A DNA stretch of 64,000 nucleotides from Octopus vulgaris. Its lineage: Eukaryota. The translations under genes were made by a program, and so were the position numbers. This document shows, piece after piece, positions 1 through 14,300 of the stretch. The notes under the pieces were generated by a model. The model had not been told where the DNA came from. It saw only the letters and a program-made list of their open reading frames with translations, and did no database searches. The first letter of the stretch is position 1; every line of letters starts with the position of its first letter. The DNA is taken from the NCBI GenBank assembly GCA_951406725.2, contig OX597823.1, positions 26,412,001 to 26,476,000 of the forward strand. Reading direction: 5' to 3'.

Positions 1-244
1 CACCATTCTCCCAAGCACACCCTGTAAAATTCAAGAAAGGATAAGCTTGATTTCACCAACCCATTAATCTATCCAAATTACAATATGGATTCAGACCACT
101 ACATTCAACCTCATCACTCTATCCACAAACCTAATGCAGAATACATGATGACTTCTACAATAATAATAATAAAAAAAAAAACCCTCCCGCATTCTAATTT
201 CCATCAACAATGCTTTCAACCCCCTATATGAGGAGTAGTGTTGG

Positions 245-400
245 CTAATTTCAAGAAGTGTGGGATTTTTGAAGGATGCAGTGTCCTGCATCACTGTAGT
301 TAGTTTATTCCATGCTTCAACAATTTGGAGCATGAAAAAATATTTTGTGAAAGCCATGGGTATTGCACAGATAGGTGAGTTTATAAGCATGTCTGCAGCT
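245..400 (-). mobile_element. CR1-like LINE 3' remnant
   Basis: FTKYFFMLQIVEAWNKL...DTASFK resembles the CR1 ORF2 C-terminus. Confidence 0.5.
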
Positions 401-742
401 GGTAGAGATGTTGGATTGAAAAGAAGTGGCCATTTTAATGGAGAATTCAGAGTTCTTCTAGAAAGCCACACATTAGGGCCCCTAGGGCTGCAGGTTTCTC
501 ACTCCTGATTTACACCTACAAATATGACAAGCTAATGAAGGGGTCTTAGTATGGTTGTTTGAACATTTAGAAATAGCAGTCAGATCTTCCTCAAACTATT
601 ATCATCATTTACATTTACTTTTCCATGCTGGTAGGTTTTATGAGTGGATGCACCTCGAAGGGTGCTGCTATGTATACACAGACATCCTAGACCACATTCA
701 GAAAAGGGCCACAGACACGCTCCTACCCCTACCTACTGGCGA

Positions 743-1222
743 GGTTACTGTAGCTGTCACTTGTGTCAACTGCAGAGAAAATGAGCAGGAGAAATTGATT
801 TGCTATCATCATCATCATCACCACCACTGCCAACAGTCATCACAACCAGTTATTAATGTCGCCCATCACCCCTACCGTTGTCATTACCATCACTATCACC
901 ATCACCAACATGATCAATATCCCCCACCAAAATCTCTTATTTTTGTATGGTACTATAATGTCCTTTGCTCCTCAGAGCTAGCTGGGGGTCATGCTATCTC
1001 ACTCATATTCTAACCCTATTTGCCTCTTGTCCTCTCCTCTACTCAGGGCCTACATCCAGTTTTACCTTTTTAAAACCTTGACCCTCTGGGATTCCCTCCC
1101 TGTTCATTATTTTCCCCACAGATATTGGCTTGCAATGGTTCAAGTGGAATATTAACAACATCAATATTGCAGGTTATGCAGGGCCTGTGAAGGCCTTGGG
1201 TACTACCCCTTTCTCTGAAACT

Positions 1223-1253
<31 letters not shown>

Positions 1254-1487
1254 CTTTATTCCTCAACTTAAATTGTAATTTAGCCAGGTTACTGTAGCTA
1301 TCACTTGTGTCAACTGCAGAGAAAATGAGCAGGAGAAATTGATTTGCTATCATCATCATCATCATCATCATCACCACCACTGCCAACAGTCATCACAACC
1401 AGTTATTAATGTCGCCCATCACCCCTACCGTTGTCATTACCATCACTATCACCATCACCAACATGATCAATATCCCCCACCAAAATC
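743..1487 (+). repeat. ~195-bp direct duplication (743-934 / 1287-1487) containing (CAT/CAC)n
   Basis: Near-identical blocks that differ by one substitution and in CAT copy number. Confidence 0.9.
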
Positions 1488-1594
1488 ACTTTCATCACCC
1501 CCGTCACCCTTAATTACCACCACCACCACCACCACCATTATCCCTCCCCCTCCTCCTCATCGTCATCATCATCATCATCATCATCATTACATTC

Positions 1595-1715
1595 ACTATC
1601 ACCGGAAGAAAGAGGGGAAAGAGCTCTCTAAATAGCAAAATCCAAAGTTTTGTAGTGAATGTTGGCAGAGTTACGTCCCTTGTCAATCTGTTATCATCAA
1701 TAACAGAAATGGCAG
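1595..1715 (+). promoter_or_regulatory. Putative ELOA housekeeping-type proximal promoter / 5' UTR
   Basis: ETS-like CCGGAAG (~1602-1608) and CRE/ATF-like TTACGTC (~1671-1677) just upstream of the ATG; local CpG enrichment. No TSS data. Confidence 0.35.
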
Positions 1716-1783
1716 ATATTAATGCTCAACAGAAATTGATGAAATGTCGAGCTTATTTAGAAGGCAATCCAACCGACGTTAAG
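1709..1783 (+). CDS. ELOA: ELOA coding exon 1 ([25 protein letters not shown])
   Basis: ATG in GAAATGG context, 25 codons, donor AAG|GTTAAT, phase 0. Resembles the vertebrate ELOA N-terminus (..KLQARLAANPDPKK). Not in the ORF track. Confidence 0.8.
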
Positions 1784-2192
1784 GTTAATATCAATATTAA
1801 TATTTAAAAACAAAATTCATTACGTTACAGTTTATTGTTTTTATAGATTTTTATTTGGATTTAAAAAAATACGTCGTAAGCAAAATTATAGATATTTCTT
1901 TTATTATTTTTACAATTTATAGAATAAGACCTATTCTTCTTTTATCGTGTATATATTCATTTTTCCATTCGATCTTCTAATGATTTTTCTATCACGTTAG
2001 ACTTTTCGTTGATTATTGGACTAATTAATATTGTCCAGGTGTGTATCCAACTCGATTACATGTTTAACTTGTATTCAACAAACACCGATGACTATTATAC
2101 ACACCAAATGCAATATCTGTGTCGTTATATATATTTCTATTTTAATCGCCTCACCCTCTCTTTATAAATATAAGTGTCTTTATATCTATATA

Positions 2193-2233
<41 letters not shown>

Positions 2234-2256
2234 ATGTTATCTACCTGTCTATCACA

Positions 2257-2305
<49 letters not shown>

Positions 2306-5300
2306 GTGTGTGTTTCTGCAATTTAATTTCTTAGTAATTCTAAGTTCGTGTTGTAATACAATACTGAAAATGATAATTGAAGTTCTCTTCAGAGACGAGA
2401 CTTGTTTCTGTTACGATTCCTGCTTCAAACGTTTAACATCTCTTTACGTCACCAGAAAATTTCCCTTATATAATAAATGAAACTACCCACTCTCTCCCCT
2501 TGTCACAGCGTCGTCCTGATCTGGTTACTAGAAAAACTTTTGCACTATAAATCTAACCGGATATGAGCTAACAATGGTTCGAATCCAGTTAGGTCTGTTT
2601 TGATTTTGATGTCAAAATCTTATTCTATCGTTCTCTTTTACCGAACGATATCCCAGGGCCCCAATAATTACCGGTATAAATCTGAACTTGTAATATGGAT
2701 AGAGTAACAGTAGATTTTTCAATAATTCAGCATAGGTATTTTCTTTTTCGCTGATCTTTTAGTTTTATGTTAACATCCGCTGGGCAGCTGATTTCCACAA
2801 CTGTACACAGTTTCTCTTCTCTATCTCAAATCACCATCTCAGTTCTATATCTTTACATTTTACTGAGGTTTTCACTGGGATTCTCCACCAACACTCCTTT
2901 TTATTATGAGTGGCTATGGCTTCTACCATACTGTGGGTTCTTATTTCTTTGGCCTTGGGGTTATCCTTCTGATGGATCTCATTATACAGTGTCCTAGCTA
3001 CAACATCATATTTCATCTGTAGATACTACAGTAGTATGTATGCATGCATGCATCAATCAATCATCGTTGTCGCTTTTATGTCTAGTTTTTCATGCTGTAT
3101 GGGTCAGACAATTTGTTGAGGCAGTTTTTTATGGCCAGATGTCCTTTTTGTCTCCCCCTACTTGTTTCCAAGCAAGGTAATTTTTCCTCATTGCTGAACG
3201 TGTTTTTACAGAAGATTGTAAGCAAAAGACACTGTTTTACAATGTAGTGTCAAAACAAAGAGACACCTCCTCACACAGATATGTGTACATATAAAATACA
3301 ATGGGCTTCTTTCATTTTCCCTCTACTAAATCTACTCACAAAGCTTTGATTGGCCTAGAGTTATAGAAGACCCTAAGCCAATCAAAGCCTTGTGAGTTGT
3401 CCAAGGTATGGCCCAAGGACCCAGACCATGGGACTAAATCCATGAATGAAAAGGCTCTGCACATCTCAATGAAGAATCAATGTAACGAGGCCTTTGATGT
3501 GATGCAGCTGCTGGATGCTATCAAGAGGAAAGTTTAGAGTCAACTGGCACTAAGGTGATGAAGACTACAGTTCACTGGTCCAGAAAAGTAAAAGCTGCAT
3601 GTGGACGGTGAGAACTGCAAGCCAGCTGGAGCCTGATGGAAGAATCTCAGAAGAGATGAAGAAAATGCTAGAGAAAGGGGGAAACTGTGAAGAGGAGCAT
3701 GAAAGATCCACCTGAGTGTTTAGTTCTCTGCAAAGCAATCAAACAACATCTAGAAAATGACTTTGAGAATTATAGATTGAAGAAGATGATACAGGATGCA
3801 GAGGAAAGGACAAGTTTAGAAAGATGCAAGAGAGAGCTGGTGCTCTCTAGGTCAGATGTGATGGCAATTAACAAGGATAGGCTTACAGTGAGAGACAAAG
3901 AGGAATAGAAATATGTGACCTATGACACCAGCCTTTTGAAATCATTAGTGAAGCTTGATCCTCCACCCTTACAAATGTTAGAAGTGCTGCCTATTTTGAG
4001 CAGTAAAATAGAAAATGTTTTCAATCTGATGAAAGCAGTTAAAGCTCCAGGAAGAGATGGCATAACAACAGAGATGTTAAAGTGCTGACATGAAAATCCT
4101 CATTCTACACTTCAGTTACTATCTGAAGGAAGGTAAAATACCTTTTGCTGTGGAAAGAGTTGAGTACCATCTTGCATTGTATGAAGGGTAATAAAGAAGA
4201 TTTAAGAAATTATCACTCCATATGCATCTTCTCTCATCTCTATAAGTTGTTTATGAAGATCATAGTCCCTAGACTATTGAAGCATCTTGACAATCAGCAG
4301 CTGAGATAGAAAACAAGTTTATGCATGAACTACAATACAATAGATCACATATTCAATCTAACACAGCTTATAGAAGGAGTGAAAGAATAGAAGGCTGTCT
4401 CTGTATTGCTTTCATCAGCTACAACAAGGCCTTCGTCACGATAAACACTATGCTGACATCTCAGGAAATGCAAGGTATTGAGCTGCAATTCATCAAACTG
4501 CTCAGGGATGCATACTCTGGAGGTACCACTGATGTATCTTTGCTGTTGCCACAAGTATGAGTTCCAATTGGGAAGGGTATTAAACAAGATAATACCATAT
4601 CTCCTAAACTCTTCGCTGCATGTCTAGAAATGGTCATCTGAGACATTGACTGGACAGGTGGCATAAACATCAATGTTGAGCTGATTTGCAGATGACATTA
4701 TACTCATCAGTGAAACCACAGGTCAGTTGTAGACCATGCTGACTGTGCTAGATACTCATAGCTCAGCAGTAGGCCTTAAAATGAACTATATGAAAACAAA
4801 ATACATGTGATCTGAAAACATAGCACAAGGTTAAGTAGAGGTGGTAAGCAAAGAAATTGCAAAGGTAAAGGAGTATGTCTACTTTAGGTATACAATTGAT
4901 ATACATGGGTGCCAAAATCTGAAGGAGAGTAAGAGTAGGATGGAAGGCATTGACCTAAAACTGCACAAGACTCTATGTGCCAGACTCTTCAACAGCACTA
5001 TCCTACCTCTGCTCTTATATACAAGTAAGATGTGAGCTACTCTGAAGAGGGAAAAACATTGATTGGCTACAATACAAAGGGCAATGGAAATTACATTGCA
5101 AAAACACACCTGGAATAAGATAATTCGAGAATGGTGTAGAGTGAAATACTGATAGCACAAGTTCTAGTGTGCTGGATATGTTGCAAGATTCACAGACAAC
5201 AGGTGGGCTCATGCAATTGCCAAGTGGTATCCATGAGAAGGCTTCCATGATGATTAAGTCAAACAATTTGGGCCAAGATGGGAAAAAAATGGTGCAGTGA

Positions 5301-8300
5301 AGAAAGAATTGGAAACATATTATCATAAAAGACATGTAATAACATCTGATAGTCTGGTAAGACAGTGATCAGTGCAACATGGTCTATGACTACAGAAGAT
5401 TTGTGAAGGCTTGAAAGAAATGAAGCTAGCATGCTCCACTGGATAGGTAATGTCAGTGTGCTCACATGACAGAATGTAAATGATTTAAGAGGAAAACTGG
5501 GTATAAGGGGCATCAGATGTAGGGTTCAAGAGAGAAGACTGTGCTGGTTTGGTCATGTTGATGGGGATAGCTGCTTAAAAAAGGGGTGAGAAAGGATCTT
5601 CCGATGTTGGGCCTCACTGAGGAAATGATAAAGGACTGGGAGTTGTGGTGATTTGCCGTACTTGAGAAGATGCTTCAAGCTAAGTAAAAATTGGGGCCAT
5701 CCATACATACAGGTATGCACCTTTGTAGGTGCTGATGCCATGTAATATGCACTTGTACCAGTGCTATGTAAAATGCACTTGTCCTGGTGCCATGTAAAAT
5801 ACACTTGTGCCACTGCTGCATAAATGCACTCTTACTAGTGTTGTTTAAATGCACCGATGCCAGTGGCATGTAAAAAGCACTCAGCACACTCTGTAAAGTG
5901 GTGGGCGTTAGGAAAGGTATCCAGCTATAGAAACCATGCCAAGACAGACTACTGGAGTCTGTACAGCTCCCTGGATGGCCAACTCCTGTTGAACTATTCA
6001 GCCCATGCAAGCACGGAAAATGGATGTTAAATGATGATGATGATATATATATATATTAATATTAAGGCAATGAGCTGGCAGAAATGTTAGCACACTGGGT
6101 GAAATGCTTAGCAGTATTTCATCAGTCTTTATGTTCTGAGTTCAAATTCCACTGACGTCAACTTTGCCTTTTATCCTTTCAGGTTCAACAAATTAAGTAC
6201 CAGTTATGTAGTGGTGTCGATCTAATCGCCTGCCCCACCCCCTCCTCAAAAATTTTGGGCCTTGTGCCTAGAGTAGAAAAGGATATATATATGTATATGC
6301 ACAAATGGGTGCAGAGATACCTGCACAAATACATACAGACTTACACAGCTACACTCACATACAGACACAAACTCTATCTTATACTTGAGGTACATGCATC
6401 ACACATGCATATGCCCTTACATAGATATGGATATACAGTCAATAAGCAAATATAGGTACAGTCATCCATACACCCAACTGATATGATCAATAAAACAGCT
6501 TGCTCGTGAAATTAACGTGCAAGTGACTGAGCAATCCACAGACACGTGTACCCCAAATGTAGTTCTCAGGGAGATTCAGTGTAACACAGAGTGTAGCAAG
6601 GCTGGCCCTTTGAAATACAGGTACAATTCATTTTTGCCAGCTGAGTAGACTGGAGCAACATGAAATAAAGTGTTTTGCTCAAGGACACAATGCGTCACCG
6701 GGAATTGAACTCATGACCTTACAATCTTGAGTTGAATGCCCTAACCACTAAGCCACGTGCCTTCACACAAACACATGGTGTGGGTTATGGTCTAGTTACC
6801 CATGTTGTTAATCAGGTGGTTCATGAAGGAGTCATACCCAATGACTGGTATAGCAGCACTGTAGTCAACTGCTACAAAGGTAAAGGTGATGCCTTAGAAA
6901 TACTTACAGAGGTATCAAATTGTTGGATCAGGGAATGAAAGTTATGGAGAGCGTCATAGCCCAACTAATGAGGGAGAGAGATGAGATGTAGTTTGATTTT
7001 GTGCCAGGGAGAAGCACCACTGATGCCATATTTCTTGTAAGGCAGCTGCAGGAGAAAGACATAGTCAAAGATAAAAATCTGTACTTGGCCTTTGTTGACT
7101 TAGAGAAAGCCTTTGATAGGGTCTTCTGATCCCTTATCTGGTGGTCAGTGTGGAAACTATGGATAGATGAGTTGTTGGTGAGAGCTGTACAAGTTATGTA
7201 TAGTAAGGTGAGGGTTGGCAATGAGTACAGTAGACCCAAGAAGATGTGATGAAGCATGATCTTCGAACTTTGAGCCTCACAGAAGCAATGACTGGTGACC
7301 GAGACCTTCGGCTATATGCTGTGCTTAAGAAGATCCTTCAAGCCAAGTAAAATCGTAGTCATAGCTGGTGCTGGTATCATGTAACTGGCACTCGTGCCAG
7401 TGGAATGTAAAGAGCACCTTTGGGTCTTATGGAAGCAAAGTGGCTGGGTTCTTTTCAAGCATTGAGCCTCATAGAGGGAATGACTGAGACTTTTGGCATT
7501 ATGTTGTGTTTGAGGAGAAGACCCATCAAGCCAAGCAAAATCGTAGTTGTAGCAGATACTGGTGTCACACAAATGGCACCTGTGCCAGTGGCACGTAAAA
7601 GCACCCATTATACTCTCAGAGTGGTTGGCGTTAGGAGGGACATCCAGCTGTTGAAAACCATGCCAAATCAGACTGGAGTCTGATGCAGCCTTCCAGCTTA
7701 CCAGCCCTGGTCAAACAGTCAAACCCATGCTAGCATGGACAATGGAAGCTAAATAATAATAATAATAATGATGATGATGGTGATATATATGTGTGTATAT
7801 ATATGCAATACCTATACATAAAGGATATATGTATAGGTATTGCTTCAAGATGTGTCATCCAACCCATGTCAACAGAGAAAAGCAGATGTAAAATGATGAG
7901 GATGTTATGTACATATATGTAGATGTATCTTATAAAGATGATTATGCATCAGTGTGTATATACATAACTGAAATAACTTGTCCTTTTATTCACCTCCCTA
8001 AACTTACACCATTTCTAAAGGTAAGCACTTTGTTGAAGTAATGGACTGATTATTTTGCTAGTTCATCTACCAATGTGCCTATTTTTCTTTTCTGTATTAA
8101 ATTGATGTTTATCATAAGTTTATCTTTAAAAAGTGTGTGTTTTGTAGAGCATGAATTAAAAAAAATTATTGATTTCTCATTGCAGTTGCTTTACATTTTT
8201 AACAAATTATTACGGTTCCCAGTGACTATTGATATTTTACAGGTAAGAACATTGATAATTATATTTATTCATTGTGTTATTATTTCTAAGGTGGTAAGCT

Positions 8301-11300
8301 GGCAGAATCATTAGCGTGACTGGCAAAATATTTAGTGGTTTAAACCTTATTACAAGAACTCATTGCTTTATTCTACTTGCTCATAGCACATATTCTGCTT
8401 GATTTTATGCTCCAGCCTTATTTCACAGTTGAATGGTTAAAAATAGGAAGGGTATCGCAAAGTTGAAAAAACAATTGAGCCAATAAGAAAACCGTCTCAT
8501 TTTCTTTGATGGCGTAGGTTGAATAGGTTGCTACAGTCCAAGCCAGTCCTTATTTGGTGAGCTGGGTCTAAGGTTCTTCATTCAAATCATATCCAGAACC
8601 TAGTGCATATCCTGGAAAGTTCTGAACACCTGATGATAATCAGACAGCAAACTATAGCACAGATATATAACAATAATAAATAGTAAATACACACTTTAAA
8701 GATGAGATTAATTGTCTTGTAAATTGTAATGTTAGTAATAACAAACATCTGAGACATTTAGATGAAATGTCTATTGATCCACTTCATTTAACAAAACAAA
8801 ACACAAGTCCTATATCTACTGTGATTAGTATTAGCAAAGGGCATCTATTTTTATTGGTTCCAGTGAAAATGAAATAATTTCACTTATTTTTGGAGGGAAG
8901 GCACCCATAACCATTGCAGGCTGGTGAAGTTGATGATGTTGCTGTCCAGTTTCAGCATCTGCATTTTGATGTCTGTGATTGTGTATTCAGCACTGTTGAT
9001 AATTAATTGGAAAAGATAATTTATCAGAATGGTGAACTAAAGAGCCGTATATTTTCTGTCTTTTTGTTTGTTTTTAACAACTTTACATGGTTACCCCTTT
9101 TGATACCAACTTACTTGAAACAACCTTTAGTTGTACGATACAAATTGTCTGTTTTAAATTGACCTAAATTGAAACTTTCCATTAAAATTTTGTGTCAATT
9201 TATATTCCAGACACAATTTTAATAATGAAAAAGTTATTGTAATAAAGTCTTCATTATTTTCAATATAAAACTGGAAACAAAATTATTGTATTTCAAAGTT
9301 GTTGCTGTAGCAGGATTTTTTCTGAAAGAATTACTTGTAATGAAAGAAGTTTATCTCTCATCTACAGTTTCTTAAAAACTAGATTATTTATCTCAGAAAA
9401 TAGATTTCTTTTGTAAAATTTAGAATTGCAAAGAGAATAAAATAAGAAGAAAGATAATCTAAATTTACTTTGGATTTACCTTCTGTCTGTATAAATTATA
9501 TTTTGTTGTGCTGGCTTCACTGACACAAACTTTTTGCCACAGTCAACTTGGATGAAACCTAAAATTGGTTTTATGGTTAAGACAGATTGGAGTGTGCAAG
9601 TTTATATCCTGAGTTCAAATCCTGCCAATGTTGACTTTGCTTGTCATCCTGCTTGTGTCAATGAATTAATTATTAGTTATATAATTCAATATCTATCTGT
9701 CTGTCTGTCTGTCATCGTTGTCGTTTTACGTCCACTTTCCATGCTGGAATGGGTTGAACAGTTTGACTGAGGACTGGTGAGCCAGAGGCTGCACCAGGCT
9801 CAATCTGATCTGGCAAAGTTTCTACAGCTGGATGCCCTTCCTAACACCAACCACTCGGAGAGTGTAGTGAGTGCTTTTACATGCCACTGGCATGAGGGCC
9901 AGTCAGGCGGGTACTATCAGTATATATTAAATATATATCTAACTATTCACAAATATCAAAATAACAATGAATTGGCAGGGTTATTGCAATGACAGATAGA
10001 ACAGCTCATGGTATTTGTTCCAACTCTGTGAGCTCTGAGTTCAGATCTTGCCCAGGTCAACTTTGCCTTTTATTCTTTTAAGGTCAATAAATACCATGCC
10101 AGTCCATATGGGTGATTTTTGGAATTATTAGAGCATTGGATGAGATGACTTGTGGTATTTGTTCTGTTCATTGTGTTTTGAGTTCAAATTCTACATAAGG
10201 TGCTGATGTGCAGAGCCAATTACTCAACTACAAATGTGCTCTGGTGAACCTGCAATTGGCCAATATTGGTTTATAGACAGGTTGGCTTATAGTTAGAACC
10301 TCCATTGGTTAAAGTTGACCATTTATCTGTACATGTATGTATAGGCTTGGGCAAGATTTTTTGAAGAAGACTGCCAGTTTCCCATGTAAGCATGTCTTCC
10401 CTCTCCATGCCATGTTTATCTAAGGGTAAGGCTGCTGACTTAGGCTGATACAACTTGGCACTGGTCTCGTCACAGATGTTGCTGTCAGAATGTAAAGAGC
10501 CAGAGCAGATACCAATTTTCTAACCCTTGAATTGTACTTTTTGCTATCAATCCTGAAACTATGCAAGACAAAAGCGACCTTTGGCAGGATTTGAATTTAA
10601 AGTACAAAGAGAACAAGTGATGCAAGCTATACTGTCTGATGCTCGAATGACTTCACTGCCTTGCTGAGCTTATAACCACCAAAGTTAAGTTGCTAATGGT
10701 ATGCTGAAGCTATCAGTTAGCAGTAGAACAACACTAATTGAATGGAACGAATGTAGGTAATGTTCTTTCTTATATTATTTATTTTTTTTGTCATTTTGCC
10801 AGTCGACTGGAATTGGAAAAGCTGTCAACTCATTTAGAAAGCGTGAAGGTGAGATTGGGGAGAAAGCACGAGCTGTGGTAACTTTGTGGAAATCTCTAGT
10901 GTCAAAACAAGAAAACAATCTCACAGACAAACGGTCAGTAAGTAGTAGTTCATCTCCATATAATTCCACATCCACGGAACAATCTGGCAAGACTTCATCT
11001 GATGATGAGAAAACCACTCCTTGCCGAACAAAACGTCAGTCTTCTCCTCAATCTTCTCCTCAACCAAGATCTTCCACAAAAGAATGTGATAAAACTTCTG
11101 AAAATATCAAAGAGAGGAAAAAGCACCAGAGCAGCAAAAGCAATTCAGAGACTTCCAGATCACCAGAAAAGAAAAACAAAACTGTCAGTGATTCAAGCAA
11201 AGAACATCATCAGAGTTCAAAGAGTAAAAGTGAGTCTGAGAGCAAAGCAAAAGTAAAGAAATCACAGAATCTCAAAAGGAAGAAAAAATCTGCGGGAGAT

Positions 11301-14300
11301 GGCTTGAGTTTTGAGGACTTTATGAACTATGATGATTCAGCAATGAAGAAAAAGTTTAAGAAAAAGAAACATGACAAAGATGATAGTAGTAAGTCTTCAA
11401 AAGAAAAGAAAGAATTGAACTCTCCTAAAGATAGTAGTAAAAGTCATTCATCCTCCTCCAGTTTACAATTAAGTAAAAAATCCAAAGAGCCTAAAAGTAG
11501 CACATCTCATGTTTTACATGTGCCTTCAGCTTCCAAAGAGGTAAGTCTTAAAATAATTTTGTTATAATTAAAAGCAGTGGATGACGAACAGAACTGATAA
11601 ACACAGTTCTCTATTTAAGAGATAAGGAATTATGTACATTATTTACATTTGACGGATATTTGTCCTCATCTTGTTTATTGTTAACACAACGTTTTGGTTG
11701 ATATACCCTCCAGTGTTCATACCAGGTGTCTTGGGGAAATTTTGAACCTTGGTTCTCATTCTAAAAAAAAAAAAAAGCCTGTGGGCATATGGCATAGGGG
11801 TTAAGAGCATGGGCTACTAATCCCAAGATTCTGAGTTCGATTCCAAGCAGTAACTTGAATAATAATAATAATAATAACATCGCAAAATACCTTAGGAATG
11901 CAAATCCAGTTTTGAAATTTCCCCAAGACACCTGATGAAGGCTGGAGGGTATATCTGCCGAAACGTGTTAACAACAAACAAGATGAGGACTAATATCCAT
12001 CAAATGTAAATAATGTAAATAAGAACTGATAAAGTTCCAGGTGAATGGTCTTGAAGTATTTTATTTCTCTTTTTGTTTTAAGTTGAAATCCTACCGAGAT
12101 TATTAACTTTGTCTTTTATCTTTCTGGGTTGATGAAATAAAGTACCATTCATGTACTGAGGTTCATTTAACCAACTATATTCTTTCACCTGGTATTTTTT
12201 TGTCAGAAACTATTATATTTATATGAAGTTTTTGTCTTTTTAAAACTATTGAATGTAGTTGTTGAGTAGCTGAGTGGAGAAGAGTAGTGGGTCTTGAGGT
12301 TGCAGGGCAAATATTCTGTATTGTTTACTCTTTTACTTGTTTCAGTCATTTGACTGTGGTCATGCTGGAGCACTGTCTTTAGTTGAGCAAATCGACCCCA
12401 GGACTTATTCTTTGTAAGCCTAATACTTATTCTATTGGTCTCTTTTGCCGAACTGCTAAGTTAGGGGGACATAAACACACCAGCATCGGTTGTCAAGCGA
12501 TGTTGGGGGGACAAACACAGACACACAAACACACACACACATATATACATATTCAGATATATATACGACGGGCTTCTTTCAGTTTCTGTCTACCAAATCC
12601 ACTGACAAAGCTTTGGTCGGCCCGAGGCTATAGTAGAAGACACTTGCCCAAGGTGCCATACAGTGGGACTGAACCCAGAACCATGTGGTTGGTAAGCAAG
12701 CTTCTTACCACATAGCTACTCCTGCGCCTAAGGGTACAGATTGGTAATTTGGGGTTGTGGAGTATATTAATGTGTCCTTCTTTTGTCTGAAAACAACCCT
12801 CACTGTGGGTAGACCTCATAATATCTCCAACACCATCTGTTTCTCTCTCTCTCTTGCTCTCACTATCTTTACTCCTTTTTCTCTAACTCTCTTCCACCTA
12901 CCTTCTCCTACCTCGTCCTTCTGGGATAGCTAAGTTTCTCCTCTATAGTAAAATAACTATCTCTGTCCCTCTATCATACTCTAACCTCTCACCTGGCATA
13001 CAACCATTCCCCTTGGTTCCATTCCCTCTCTCAACTAAGCAATCCTTGTCTTGCAAGTTACTTGTGACCCCAATGGTACCACATAAAACAGCACCTGTGC
13101 CAGAGGCATTTGAAAAGCACTTGTACCAGTGCTACACTGCCTATAGCACCCAGTACTCTCTGCACAGTTTGGCATCAGCAGTGACATCTAGCCATAGAAA
13201 CCATGCCAAATTGGAATCTGTACAACTTTCCAGCTGGCCAGCTCTTGTCAAACTGTCCAACCCATGCCAGCATGGAAAATGGACGTTAAATGATAATGGT
13301 GAAGGATCATGAGTCTTTTTTCAGAATAAAAGGGCAAGAGAAAAAGATGTAGAGAATTTATTAATTTATATTATGGTAATGAAGTGTAGAGTGTGTCAAT
13401 TTTTGCCTCAGCATCTTTTCCTTCTTTTTCTTTTGTTCTTCTAGCTAGAAGCATGTATCATAACAGAGAGAGCGAGAGAGAAATGATGTGTGTGTCTGTG
13501 TTTGTGTGTATAAGGAAGAGAGAGGAAAAGAGAGTGAGAGAAATGGGAATAAAAAAAGAGTAAGGGATATGGGAGAAAGAGAGTGATCTGAAGTATTTAT
13601 GTATTGTTATTTTAGGGAAAATGCAAAATACATAAATGTTATTTTAATTAACTAATCTCCTGCTTCTGTTCGTTTACCTTTCATTCTTCCAGCTTCTTCC
13701 TTCTGAATCTGAAATATTGAGTTCTTTACCAGAAACTCAGGCCCATTACCATCCATGGAGACTCAGTGATGGTAACAAAGTAGAACGGAAAGCTGTGACA
13801 AACAGTAAGTAATTTATCAATGAATTGATAAGGTTTTCAATGTAAATTCCTTTCTTATCAAGTCTTTTGTGTGATGATGAAAAGCTTGGTGGGAACAAGG
13901 CCACACTGTGAATGCTCCTGACCCTTCCAATGTAAATGAAACCTAGCACAGGTCTGGCTGCCCTGTTAAGAAGTTTGCTTTGCAACAACGTTGTTTAAGG
14001 TTTGATCTCATAGAGCACTTTGAGCTAATGATTACTACCACAGCTAAAGTTGACCAATGTCACGTGAGTGGATTTTTGTTGATGGAAACCTGATGTGTAT
14101 ATACATACTACATATGCACATACCAAAACACACACACACACATGTGCATGCTGTTTGTGCTTGTTGATAAATTCACCAACTGTAAAAACTCAGTACATTG
14201 GTGAGTTATGAACATTTTATATGCAGTATCTTAAATGGTATCAGACAACAACTTGAGTTTCATATCTGAGGGCAGATATCTGGCTTGGTTTGGGTCAATC

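Noticed and set aside
555-1635. His-rich ORFs (152 aa and 98 aa)
   Set aside because: Read-through of (CAT/CAC)n microsatellite in a duplicated block; non-ATG starts and no domain.
3335-3397. Small hairpin, possible pre-miRNA
   Set aside because: Made of two inverted pieces of SINE family B.
11780-11857. Possible functional tRNA gene
   Set aside because: A and B boxes are present, but there is no pairing acceptor stem or oligo-T terminator; treated as a tRNA-derived head.
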